A stretch of DNA of 42,058 bases from Nanobdellati archaeon. Lineage in GTDB: Archaea; Nanobdellota; Nanobdellia; Woesearchaeales; JAADFO01. Each line of letters begins with the position of its first letter. The first letter of the stretch is position 1. Positions 1 through 8,584 of the stretch are shown in pieces. A model generated the notes under the pieces. That model did no database searches, was not told the DNA's origin, and worked only from the letters and a program-made list of their open reading frames with translations. The stretch spans positions 1 through 42,058 of the forward strand of contig JAADFO010000020.1 in NCBI GenBank assembly GCA_013152815.1, written 5' to 3'. The translations under genes were made by a program, and so were the position numbers.

Positions 1-13
1 AGAGGCACACAAA

Positions 14-1168
14 ATGACAACCAAATATGTGACGAGCGAATCTGTTACCGAAGGACACCCGGACAAGATCTGCGACCAGATCTCTGACGCGATACTCGAC
101 GAGATGCTGAAACTGGACAAGGAGAGCCATGTGGCGGTGGAATGTCTCACCACGACAGGACTCGTCGTGGTCGCAGGAGAGGTGCGCACCAACGGGTATG
201 TGGACATCCAGAAGCTCGTCAGGAAGACCCTGAGAGAGATCGGCTACACCGACCCGGAGTACGGCATCGATGCCGACGACGCAGGCGTCCTCGTCTCCAT
301 CCACGAACAGTCACACGATATCGCCCAGGGCGTCGACGTGACCCAGGCCCATGAGCAGGGAGCAGGAGACCAGGGGATGATGTACGGCTATGCCTGCAAG
401 GAGACAGAGGAGCTCATGCCCCTTCCCATCATGCTTGCCCATGGACTGACCAGGAAGCTGGCAGCGGTGAGGAAAGACAGGACCATCGACTATATCGGAC
501 CCGACGGAAAGAGCCAGGTATCGGTGGAATATGTGGACGGCAAGCCCGCCAGGGTGGATGCGGTGGTCATCTCCACCCAGCATGAGGAAAAGGTCACCCA
601 CGACCAGATCGAGAAGGACGTGAAGGAGAAGGTCATCATCCCGGTCCTGGGAAAGCTGATGGACGAAAAGACCAAAGTGTTTGTGAACCCGACGGGAAAG
701 TTCACCATCGGCGGGCCTGAAGGCGATTCCGGCCTTACCGGAAGGAAGATCATCGTCGACACCTACGGCGGCGTTGGCAGACACGGGGGAGGAGCATTCT
801 CAGGCAAGGACCCCTCCAAGGTGGATCGGTCTGCCGCCTATGCTGCAAGATATGTCGCCAAGAACATCGTGGCCGCGGGATTGGCTGACCAGTGCGAAGT
901 GCAGTTGAGCTATGCCATCGGGATCGCAGAACCGACCTCAATCTATGTGGAGACCTTCGGCACCAACAGGATACCGGAAGGGAAGATCGCCGAGCTGGTC
1001 AGGAAGCATTTCAGCCTGACGCCGGGAGGCATCATCAAGTCATTGGACCTCAAGCGGCCCATCTACCAGAAGACGGCAGCCTACGGGCACTTCGGCAGGG
1101 AAGAGGCAGAGTTCACCTGGGAGAGGACCGACAAGGCAGCAATCCTGAAACAGGAAGCAGGGCTGTGA
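14..1168 (+). CDS. metK: S-adenosylmethionine synthetase, bacterial/eukaryote type
   Basis: [26 protein letters not shown] and TAAYGHFG signature motifs; 384 aa. Confidence 0.98.
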   Translation: MTTKYVTSESVTEGHPDKICDQISDAILDEMLKLDKESHVAVECLTTTGLVVVAGEVRTNGYVDIQKLVRKTLREIGYTDPEYGIDADDAGVLVSIHEQSHDIAQGVDVTQAHEQGAGDQGMMYGYACKETEELMPLPIMLAHGLTRKLAAVRKDRTIDYIGPDGKSQVSVEYVDGKPARVDAVVISTQHEEKVTHDQIEKDVKEKVIIPVLGKLMDEKTKVFVNPTGKFTIGGPEGDSGLTGRKIIVDTYGGVGRHGGGAFSGKDPSKVDRSAAYAARYVAKNIVAAGLADQCEVQLSYAIGIAEPTSIYVETFGTNRIPEGKIAELVRKHFSLTPGGIIKSLDLKRPIYQKTAAYGHFGREEAEFTWERTDKAAILKQEAGL

Positions 1169-1191
1169 AGCCCTCGTTCTTGTTTCTTGAT

Positions 1192-1426
1192 TGTTATGTT
1201 GGGTTTGATACCCCGCGCTTCAGCGCGCAAACCCAACGTAACACCAGAAATTCCGTCTATTGATGTGAGGAGCGTCATACCCCGACCTCTTAAAAAAAAT
1301 CCTTGATTTTTTGGACGCCAGAAACATTGTTTCTGAGCGTTTAGGTCGGGGATGCACAGAAATGCTTGTGCATTTCTGGCACGCAAACCTTTGGTTTTAA
1401 CGTAGCTCCGAGCGACGGAATTTCTG
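1192..1426. repeat. Nested inverted-repeat non-coding element (MITE/REP/IS200-IS605-end-like, or structured RNA)
   Basis: 16-bp arms 1192-1207/1228-1243 with one G-T pair; perfect 13-bp arms CAGAAATTCCGTC/GACGGAATTTCTG at 1245-1257/1414-1426 enclosing several inner hairpins. Confidence 0.75.
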
Positions 1427-1477
1427 ATTTCTTTATTTTTGGAGATGATGGAAGGAGAAAAGGAGAACCTCTGGATG

Positions 1478-1888
1478 TCAACCCAGCCTATCTTCGGCTT
1501 CTTTGTGCAACAATGCTATCAGCTCTTCAATCGCTTTTTTGTTCCGTTGAAGATACTCTGCTTTTACGAAGAATCCATCATACGCCACTTTGTTCCGTAT
1601 TATCCTCAGACCATCGATCAACATGACAGATTCCTGGTCCAGAAAGCCAAAGTTCAAAGAAGCGTGCTCAATGAGTAATTTATGTGCCTGATCACCCATC
1701 GTTCTCTTGCCATCCAAGAGCAGAAGGATACTGAGAAGCTCACGTATCACCTCATAATATTCTTTCACCACATTTGAAGTGAACGCTGCAGCGTCGATGG
1801 TCCTTATCATCTGCAAGGTCTTCTCAACCATCTTCAGGATTGACTTTGCTTTTTCTTTATCCGGCGTGACTGAAACAATGTTTCCCAT
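1478..1888 (-). CDS. HEPN-domain protein, partner of the MNT
   Basis: 136 aa helical protein with YY..IREL, H and RNKVAY (Rx4H position held by Y); starts 1 nt after the MNT stop. Confidence 0.75.
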   Translation of the reverse strand: MGNIVSVTPDKEKAKSILKMVEKTLQMIRTIDAAAFTSNVVKEYYEVIRELLSILLLLDGKRTMGDQAHKLLIEHASLNFGFLDQESVMLIDGLRIIRNKVAYDGFFVKAEYLQRNKKAIEELIALLHKEAEDRLG

Positions 1889-1889
1889 G

Positions 1890-2429
1890 TTAGTAACCTT
1901 TCAGATACCCTTTCAGGACGATTCCGTTGATAATATTGTTCTTTAGTTCATTGCTTAATCCCCTGAAGGAGGTGCTGAAGAGCAGGTTAATCCTCCTCTG
2001 AAGGATCTTTTCGAATCGTTTAAGAACGAGGTGCTCTTGATCCGCCTCGACAAAGAGGTCGATGTCACTTTCTTTGATATCTTCGCCCCGTGCCACAGAA
2101 CCAAATAACACGATGGTATTGGGCATACATGAGGAATCAATAACATCCAACAACCCTGATTCTTCAATGGCGCGTATCGAATGGAGTTTTTTTAGGGTCT
2201 TGAAATACGAACTGTCCCTGTTGGCAGAGTAGAGCGGGTACTGCTGCACCCTATGCAGTGTTTTTTTTATCAGATCTTCTTTTTCGAGTTCTGAGAGGTA
2301 GTTCTTCAGAGAAACAGGCGCAAGCGGAATCATTCTGCTCATCTCTCTCAGCTGATACCCCCCGCTCTCAGGCATAGGATCTATGAAGAATAACTCCAAC
2401 ACCTTCATCCTGTTATCTTTCTGTAACAT
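1890..2429 (-). CDS. wHTH-fused minimal nucleotidyltransferase (MNT)
   Basis: N-terminal HTH (YQLREMSR...SLKNYLSELEKEDLI) and LFGSVARGED...SDIDL nucleotidyltransferase motif. Confidence 0.9.
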   Translation of the reverse strand: MLQKDNRMKVLELFFIDPMPESGGYQLREMSRMIPLAPVSLKNYLSELEKEDLIKKTLHRVQQYPLYSANRDSSYFKTLKKLHSIRAIEESGLLDVIDSSCMPNTIVLFGSVARGEDIKESDIDLFVEADQEHLVLKRFEKILQRRINLLFSTSFRGLSNELKNNIINGIVLKGYLKGY

Positions 2430-2462
2430 ATGTTATAATATTATGACAAGTGATATATAAAT
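2424..2462 (-). promoter_or_regulatory. MNT/HEPN promoter: TATA box plus palindromic operator over the start codon
   Basis: Minus-strand TTTATATA at about 2454-2461; perfect palindromes TAACATATGTTA (2424-2435) and ATAATATTAT (2435-2444). Confidence 0.55.
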
Positions 2463-2551
2463 ATATCGTTTTTCATGGCCATTATGAGACCCCACAAGAA
2501 CATGCCAAATACATGACCTACTTCGTCCCATCAATAATCAACACATCAATA

Positions 2552-4312
2552 TTAATTCTTCCGATAGAAATCAGCCACGGTCCTGAACGAACGTTTGGGA
2601 ACGATATGACCCCGAGCATAGGCCTTTTCAGAATCAGAAGGATAGACCGCAATCAGATTGAAACTGGCCTTGTCAAGATCCTGGAGGGGGTCATGCTCAT
2701 CTCGGGGATAATGATCTTCGACAAAGGTGAACGGGAAGGTAGCATAGAGCTTGTAGGCAGAAAAAAGTTTCAGGAGGGTGCCGAGATAGTGTGCCTGTGT
2801 CTCTTCGCTTCGGACATATTCTTCAGGGACCGTGTGCGTGTTCCAGTCAACGATCTGGGGCGAAGCACCTCCTTTATCCTCAGCGCCCTTGAAGGTGCCG
2901 CATCCGAATTCCAGGACAGCGATAGGCTTCTTGTTTCTCGCAAGATTTCGGACGAGCGATTCATAATGCCACCCGTTAGAGAGGTCCCTATAGAGGTTGA
3001 CACCGATGATATCGAACAGATTCCAGTCGACATCTTCCCAGTTGGCACAGGCATAGGTTATTCTTCCCCCGAACCGCTTACGGAGAACCATGACCGTCTG
3101 ATGGAGGTATTCAGAAAGCGTCGAGGTCGCAAGGCTGAACATGTTGAGGACACTCTGCTGCCAGAGGATGGAACCCCTCTCCTGATAGGTATTGCCAGAA
3201 AGGATGCCTTTCATATCCAATGTCCACTCATTTCCGACGACCAGGACAAGATCATGCCGTCTTCTCAGCTTCTCCAGCCGCTCAGAAAGCCTCACCAATC
3301 GGGGAAGGGTCTCTTCAAACGTCCTATTGATGAACCGTGGAGAGACCCAGGGCACCATCCCGAGGGAGATGGCCACTTCAGCTGCATAGAAGAGCAGATC
3401 AACCCTGCCACCGTATATCCGGATGGCGTTACAGCCGAGGTCCTGTCGTATCACCTTCAGCTCCCGTCGGATGGTGAACCGGGAGAGCTGTTCACGCGAG
3501 ATGAAAGAAGGAGTGTACTGGGTACCGATATCATAGCATACGCCCTTCATAGCTATCCTGTGCTGACCAAGCTCTTCGATGGTCTTCTGTGCGGTGTCGC
3601 CTAACATAGACAGGACATATAATCCGACCATCGCTTTACCGATCTTCGTCAAGAAACCTTTTCTTGATAACTTAGCTGAGACAGAGGCGACCAAGCCTGC
3701 ATCATGTTTCTCGATAAGACGAGTGACATCTCCCTCGGTCTTGAGTTCTCGATGAAGCGACTCCGAGAAAGAAGGCCTGTTCCCGTTCTCCAAAGCGAGC
3801 ATCTGTGATGAGACATCAAGATGCATCGCTCTCAACAGAGGAGCAACCTCCCGGGCAAGAAGAGCATACCTGCTCTTCAGGGCAATACGCCTTTCCAGAA
3901 ACGTGGCAGTCTTCTCGACGAACTGAGATTCCTCATCAAGAACTTTCAGCAATCTTGACAGGGGGTGGTTTGGAAACACTGATGCATCTTTTGATCGGAG
4001 GATCCAGAGGGTCTCGATTTCTTGTTCATCGAGTTTATACGAGACAAAGGGAAGTCTCAGATGAACAGGAACCTTCAGAAAGGAAACAAGATTGTCTCCG
4101 AAGGTATCCTTTTGATCAAGAAGAGGGATGTCCTGTATCTTCTGCACAGCACCGATAAGGTCTGCGTTCAGGGCCGAACGACGCAACTTCTTATCCAGAC
4201 CAGAGAAGAGCGTATCAATCTGAGAGATCAACATCTGCTTCTGTTCTGCGAGCCGAAAGAAGATGTCCTGTGTTCTCTTGGAGAGCTTTCTCAGGCGATC
4301 CTCATTGACCAT
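2552..4312 (-). CDS. Helical N-terminal region fused to a clan GH-A TIM-barrel domain (family often labelled 'abortive infection protein')
   Basis: From aa ~255: KGVCYDIG...RRELKVIRQDLGCNAIRIYG...VGNE...ITYA..NWEDVDW...EFGCGTF...DLDKASF; NE and EFG fit acid/base and nucleophile glutamates. Confidence 0.75.
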   Translation of the reverse strand: MVNEDRLRKLSKRTQDIFFRLAEQKQMLISQIDTLFSGLDKKLRRSALNADLIGAVQKIQDIPLLDQKDTFGDNLVSFLKVPVHLRLPFVSYKLDEQEIETLWILRSKDASVFPNHPLSRLLKVLDEESQFVEKTATFLERRIALKSRYALLAREVAPLLRAMHLDVSSQMLALENGNRPSFSESLHRELKTEGDVTRLIEKHDAGLVASVSAKLSRKGFLTKIGKAMVGLYVLSMLGDTAQKTIEELGQHRIAMKGVCYDIGTQYTPSFISREQLSRFTIRRELKVIRQDLGCNAIRIYGGRVDLLFYAAEVAISLGMVPWVSPRFINRTFEETLPRLVRLSERLEKLRRRHDLVLVVGNEWTLDMKGILSGNTYQERGSILWQQSVLNMFSLATSTLSEYLHQTVMVLRKRFGGRITYACANWEDVDWNLFDIIGVNLYRDLSNGWHYESLVRNLARNKKPIAVLEFGCGTFKGAEDKGGASPQIVDWNTHTVPEEYVRSEETQAHYLGTLLKLFSAYKLYATFPFTFVEDHYPRDEHDPLQDLDKASFNLIAVYPSDSEKAYARGHIVPKRSFRTVADFYRKN

Positions 4313-4375
4313 GGAAGCGTATCTGAGAAGCCAGCATAAAAAGTTTTTGCTGGACGAACCTGGAAACGCCTGTTT

Positions 4376-4843
4376 TTACTTGCTTTTTTCCATTATCGCT
4401 TCTAAAGAACGCTCTGAGAAATAGCGGTCAGGCAGGATATAGCGAGGATAAAACAACAAGGTAAGGGGGAAGATAATCCCAAGCATCACCAGTTTGGCAT
4501 ATATCCCGTCAGCGACATCATAGGCAGAATCGACGGTGACTTCAGCGGGGTCATGGAGATACCAGCCGAAAAGCCCCTGTCGAAGACGCTCCTGTTGCTC
4601 TTTCGTCAGTTCGCCGCTGAAGACAAGCGGCGTCTCGTTCGCAGATCGGGATTCAAGAAGCGCATAGAATGCCGCGCCTTCCTTGTTCCATAACCCTAAC
4701 AATGCATCAAGAGAGATGCGCGGATATTCCTTGAAGAGATACACCCGTCCCGAATCATCACAGCCATCTAGAGAATACAGACCAGAAGAAGGATCATAAT
4801 GCTCCTGAAATCGTTCCAGGGTCGTCCCACGCCAGTATCGCAT
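4376..4843 (-). CDS. Hypothetical protein with a C-terminal hydrophobic helix
   Basis: 155 aa ORF, co-oriented with neighbours, AT-rich promoter-like region upstream. Confidence 0.6.
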   Translation of the reverse strand: MRYWRGTTLERFQEHYDPSSGLYSLDGCDDSGRVYLFKEYPRISLDALLGLWNKEGAAFYALLESRSANETPLVFSGELTKEQQERLRQGLFGWYLHDPAEVTVDSAYDVADGIYAKLVMLGIIFPLTLLFYPRYILPDRYFSERSLEAIMEKSK

Positions 4844-4933
4844 GAGACACTGATGCTCGCCGACTTCTTAACTGTTTCTTATCTTAACTGTTTTTACCCA
4901 TCATCGGACAACAGCAAACAATAGCAGACAACA

Positions 4934-5542
4934 TCAGACAAAGCGCTCCAACACCGCAATGTTGGCAGCAGCCTCCCTGAAATCCGGCTTAAGCATGAGC
5001 GCGTGGGAGAAGCTCGCCATCGCCTGTTCACCGTAGGAAGCGTCGTCGGTCGCCCGGAACATGCCGGTGTAGGCGAGGCCCAGGTCGAACCATGCAGAGG
5101 GATCATCCGGCCGGTAGACGACGGTCTTCTCCAGATAGTCGGCAGCACCCTGGAAATCTTTCTTTTCGAGAGCAAGGATGCCAAGACCGTTCCAGGCCTT
5201 TGCATAGTCCTGCTTCAGGAAGACCGCATGCCGGAAGGCCTCTTCGGCCAGAAGAGCATCCCCCTGGGCATAATGGGCATAGCCAAGATTGTAGAATGTT
5301 TTGGGGTCCTCCTTCAGCAGCAGGGAATGTTCAAGGGCTGCCTGTGCCTGCCCGAAGAGACCTCGATGGGCGAGGAAAGTTCCCAGGCTGTAATAAAGCG
5401 CAGGATCGGTTGCCAGCTCTGCCTTCAGCTCGGCAGGAGCAAGCGGCGTCTTCAAGGAGACCAGCGAAGTGGCGCCGTAGACGGCAGCAGCCAGCAGGAA
5501 GAATATCATCATGGTGGTCGTCAATCGGAACATGAACGTCAT
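4934..5542 (-). CDS. Secreted/anchored TPR-repeat protein
   Basis: Signal-like N-terminus; TPR consensus units (FYNLGYAH, AWNGLG, AWFDLGLAY). Confidence 0.9.
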   Translation of the reverse strand: MTFMFRLTTTMMIFFLLAAAVYGATSLVSLKTPLAPAELKAELATDPALYYSLGTFLAHRGLFGQAQAALEHSLLLKEDPKTFYNLGYAHYAQGDALLAEEAFRHAVFLKQDYAKAWNGLGILALEKKDFQGAADYLEKTVVYRPDDPSAWFDLGLAYTGMFRATDDASYGEQAMASFSHALMLKPDFREAAANIAVLERFV

Positions 5543-5614
5543 CTCATCACCCCGGAAGGTGGGAAAACAATTCCATTTATAAGGATTGTTGACGCTTCAG
5601 GAGGGACAGCAGGC

Positions 5615-6175
5615 TCATCTGCTCAACGAGCTGAACCTGCGAGTAAGATGCTTCTTGAACCAGTTCTTCACAAGAATCCAGGGAGAGAGCAGGTCCACCT
5701 CAATACTATGATAGCCGAGCTTGGCCAGGATGGCGGCCCGATGATGGCCCTCATAGATCTCATAGCCTGTCGGCGTATAGGTCGGCGTCGGAGGATGCGG
5801 ACGGCCGAGGGAATCACGTCGTCGGGCATGGGCCGTCGCCCTATAGACCACGATACGTCCTTTCCCGTAGTCGAAGCCTTCCCGTCTGATACGCTCATAG
5901 AGCGCAAGGAAACCCCTCATCTGCTGGAGTATGCCCTCTTTTTCCTTCCTGCCGAACCAGGTACCGAAATAGTGCTGGCGTTCCCGGGCGAAGCGGTAAT
6001 AGTCTGTCCTCCGGAGGTCCAGGTGGGGATTGCGCTCGTAGGAGCGGAGGAGCTTGAAGTGCGGCGAATTCTTTATGCGCCTGTCCTCTTTCCCGTCCTT
6101 GGTCAGATAGTCATCCATGAACAGGATGTCCCAGATGATCTTGCCCATCCGAAGCTCATCGACCCGAAGCTTCAT
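5615..6175 (-). CDS. ParB/Sulfiredoxin-like domain protein
   Basis: LYERIRREGF...YEIYEGHHRAAILAKLG motif; ATGA overlap with the flippase stop. Confidence 0.7.
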   Translation of the reverse strand: MKLRVDELRMGKIIWDILFMDDYLTKDGKEDRRIKNSPHFKLLRSYERNPHLDLRRTDYYRFARERQHYFGTWFGRKEKEGILQQMRGFLALYERIRREGFDYGKGRIVVYRATAHARRRDSLGRPHPPTPTYTPTGYEIYEGHHRAAILAKLGYHSIEVDLLSPWILVKNWFKKHLTRRFSSLSR

Positions 6176-7476
6176 GCAGAGCCACCCCTCAAAGAGAGCA
6201 GACCCTGCTTCAGGGCATTCCTTGCGTTGGCCAACGCACCCCCGGTCTCTCGTCTCCAGCCGAGTATCGAGAAGATCGCGACGATGCCATGGACCAGGAT
6301 AAAGGAATAGCCGAGAGCAAGGAAAGAGGAAGAAAGAAATATCGTGCTGAAGCCTACAAAACCGATGGCGATGGCGCCATTGATGAGGAGGACTGTCCAG
6401 ATACGCTTCTGGATGTTATGGACAGCTATTGCTATGGTGTTGATGGCGAAGGGGATGCTTGCCAAGGAGACCAGCTGGAGGAGCCGGGTGGCCTCGACAC
6501 TATAGGCCTTACCGAAGAGCAGAAGGAACGTATCTGCGAAGATGAGCATCAGAATGACGGCAGGGATGAGCAGGAGAAAGGTGAAGAGGAGCGCCTTCTG
6601 GACCTGACGTTCCAGCTCAAAGGTATGAAGCTTCCCTGCAGAGAGCAGGGTCTTGGAGACAGAGACAGGTATCATGAAGAGCACTCCCGCGAGGGTCCAG
6701 GCCACATAGAAATAGGCCGTATGTGCAGGGTCGATGATCGATGCGATGAGCAGGGGAAGGATCCACTTCGGGCCCCTGGCAAGGAAATTGGCGACATAGT
6801 TTGCGAGACCGAAACGGAACACCCTCGTTATGATGTCCCGGTGGATGGCAGGCCGGATATGTATCTTCAGGATGAAAAGGGAAAGGGCAGAGGCGATGCC
6901 TGCCGCGACCATCCATGAGGAAAGGATGCCGAATGCGCCAAGGCCGACAAAAAGGAAGGGAAGGGCCAGCTTTGCCAGACTGAACGTCATGTCCTTTGCA
7001 AAAAGGGACCGCATCCTGTCTCTCGCGATGAAGATAGCAGCAAAGAGGTTGGAAAAGAGGTTGAAGAGCAGAAAGACCAAGAATGTTAACCATCCTGTTG
7101 ATGTTGACAGGATAGCAGGAGAGGGAATGAACCACTGCCTCAGCAGGAGGAACACCAGCCCCGATGCGCAGGCGACGAGGATAGTCAGAGAGAATGCGGT
7201 ATTGAGCAGCCTTGACTGATCCTTTGACCGGGGAAGATAATGGAGCAGTGCGATGTCGAACCCCAGCAGGGAAAGCATGACGAGGAGCTCTATGGAAGCG
7301 ATCATGGTCGAGGCTATGCCGACCTGGGTCACGGTGTAGAGGTGGGTGATGACCATCCAGAAGAAGAACCCCATGCCGGTAAGCATGATGGAGTCGGCTA
7401 TCTGCCAGATGGATTTGGTATAGAGCTTGTCCTGGACAAGGAGCATGAGCCGGTCATGGAGTGGTTTTTGGAGCAT
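6172..7476 (-). CDS. Wzx-like oligosaccharide flippase (MOP/PST family)
   Basis: About 12 TM helices; GFFFWMVITHLY..QVG...LSLLGFDIALLHYLP pattern; glycosylation context. Confidence 0.88.
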   Translation of the reverse strand: MLQKPLHDRLMLLVQDKLYTKSIWQIADSIMLTGMGFFFWMVITHLYTVTQVGIASTMIASIELLVMLSLLGFDIALLHYLPRSKDQSRLLNTAFSLTILVACASGLVFLLLRQWFIPSPAILSTSTGWLTFLVFLLFNLFSNLFAAIFIARDRMRSLFAKDMTFSLAKLALPFLFVGLGAFGILSSWMVAAGIASALSLFILKIHIRPAIHRDIITRVFRFGLANYVANFLARGPKWILPLLIASIIDPAHTAYFYVAWTLAGVLFMIPVSVSKTLLSAGKLHTFELERQVQKALLFTFLLLIPAVILMLIFADTFLLLFGKAYSVEATRLLQLVSLASIPFAINTIAIAVHNIQKRIWTVLLINGAIAIGFVGFSTIFLSSSFLALGYSFILVHGIVAIFSILGWRRETGGALANARNALKQGLLSLRGGSA

Positions 7477-7740
7477 GGAAGGTCAACCGCGGCATATTCT
7501 CGCTCAGGGAAATCACCGAGCCGTTATTTTTATCACTGTTTTTATCACTACGGAATAATAACAGACTTATAAACCTTTCTGTCGGTCAGAGCGGGATACC
7601 CAAAGCCTTAAATATATTTATCATTTACCCGTAGTATAACTGATTAATGACTGTTGAAGAGTAAATTAGAGCGCCAATCTCTGGAAAAGAAAGACAGGCG
7701 ACAGCATCGGGTCCGATCCCCCGCAACCGAGGTGTTCACC

Positions 7741-8496
7741 ATAAAAAAAGTCACGCTGCTCATCCCCTGCTACAATGAAGAGCAAGGCATCGCGAACGTC
7801 ATCAACAAGGTGCCGCAGGAACGCCTCCTCGAGCTTGGTTATGAGACGGATATCCTGGTCATCGACAACAATTCTACAGACAGGACCGCTGAGATCGCAA
7901 GGTCCCTGGGCGTCCGGGTCATCAGCGAGAAGCAGCAGGGCAAGGGAGCTGCCATGATCACCGCCTTCCGGAACCTCCCTCATGATGCTGACTACATCGC
8001 CATGATCGACGGGGACGACACCTACGACCCCAAAGAGCTTCCGCGGCTCCTGGAACCCATCGACAGCAATTTCGCCGATGTCATCATCGGGACCAGGCTC
8101 AACGGCAAGATGGACAGGAAATCCATGAAAGGGTTCAACCGGATAGGGAACTGGCTCTTTACCTTCCTTGCGAGGATCGGCTACAGGACCAACACCACCG
8201 ATGTCTGCTCAGGATTCTTCGCCTGGAAAAAGGATGTGCTCGACGAGCTCACCCCCCATCTGGCCTCGAGGAGCTTTTCCATCGAGATGGAGATGATCGT
8301 CAAGATGGCCAGGCTGAACTTCAATGTCTTCTCTGTGCCCATCTCCTATAATGACCGGGAGGGGAACACCAATCTTCGGCCCATCAAGGACGGGGTCATC
8401 ATCCTCGCAGAATGGTTCAAGAACCTCACCTGGAAACCCAACACGTATGCAGGAAAATCTTCTGTCCTGACAGACAAGGAGCTCCAGGAAGCATGA
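7741..8496 (+). CDS. GT2 glycosyltransferase (Dol-P-Man synthase-like); start uncertain (ATA 7741, GTG 7732 or TTG 7654)
   Basis: LIPCYNEE, VIDNNSTD, GKG, IDGDDTY (DxD), TDVCSGF, FSIEMEM. Confidence 0.92.
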   Translation: MKKVTLLIPCYNEEQGIANVINKVPQERLLELGYETDILVIDNNSTDRTAEIARSLGVRVISEKQQGKGAAMITAFRNLPHDADYIAMIDGDDTYDPKELPRLLEPIDSNFADVIIGTRLNGKMDRKSMKGFNRIGNWLFTFLARIGYRTNTTDVCSGFFAWKKDVLDELTPHLASRSFSIEMEMIVKMARLNFNVFSVPISYNDREGNTNLRPIKDGVIILAEWFKNLTWKPNTYAGKSSVLTDKELQEA

Positions 8497-8584
8497 ACCC
8501 CGGAAACAGGACCGATACTTCTTAAATCCTTTTTAAATGAGCAAGGAAACACTTATAAATTAGTTGTTATTTGTCAGTAGTTAC

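Noticed and set aside
1..13. SAM riboswitch upstream of metK
   Set aside because: Only 13 nt are visible, so it cannot be assessed; the structured element is downstream
2552..3550. Phage-defence role implied by the 'abortive infection protein' label
   Set aside because: The sequence supports only a glycoside-hydrolase-like fold; the label is not evidence of function
2450..3604. 384-aa plus-strand ORF
   Set aside because: Antisense shadow of the GH-domain gene; no recognisable motifs
5003..6310. 435-aa plus-strand ORF
   Set aside because: Antisense to the TPR, ParB-like and flippase genes
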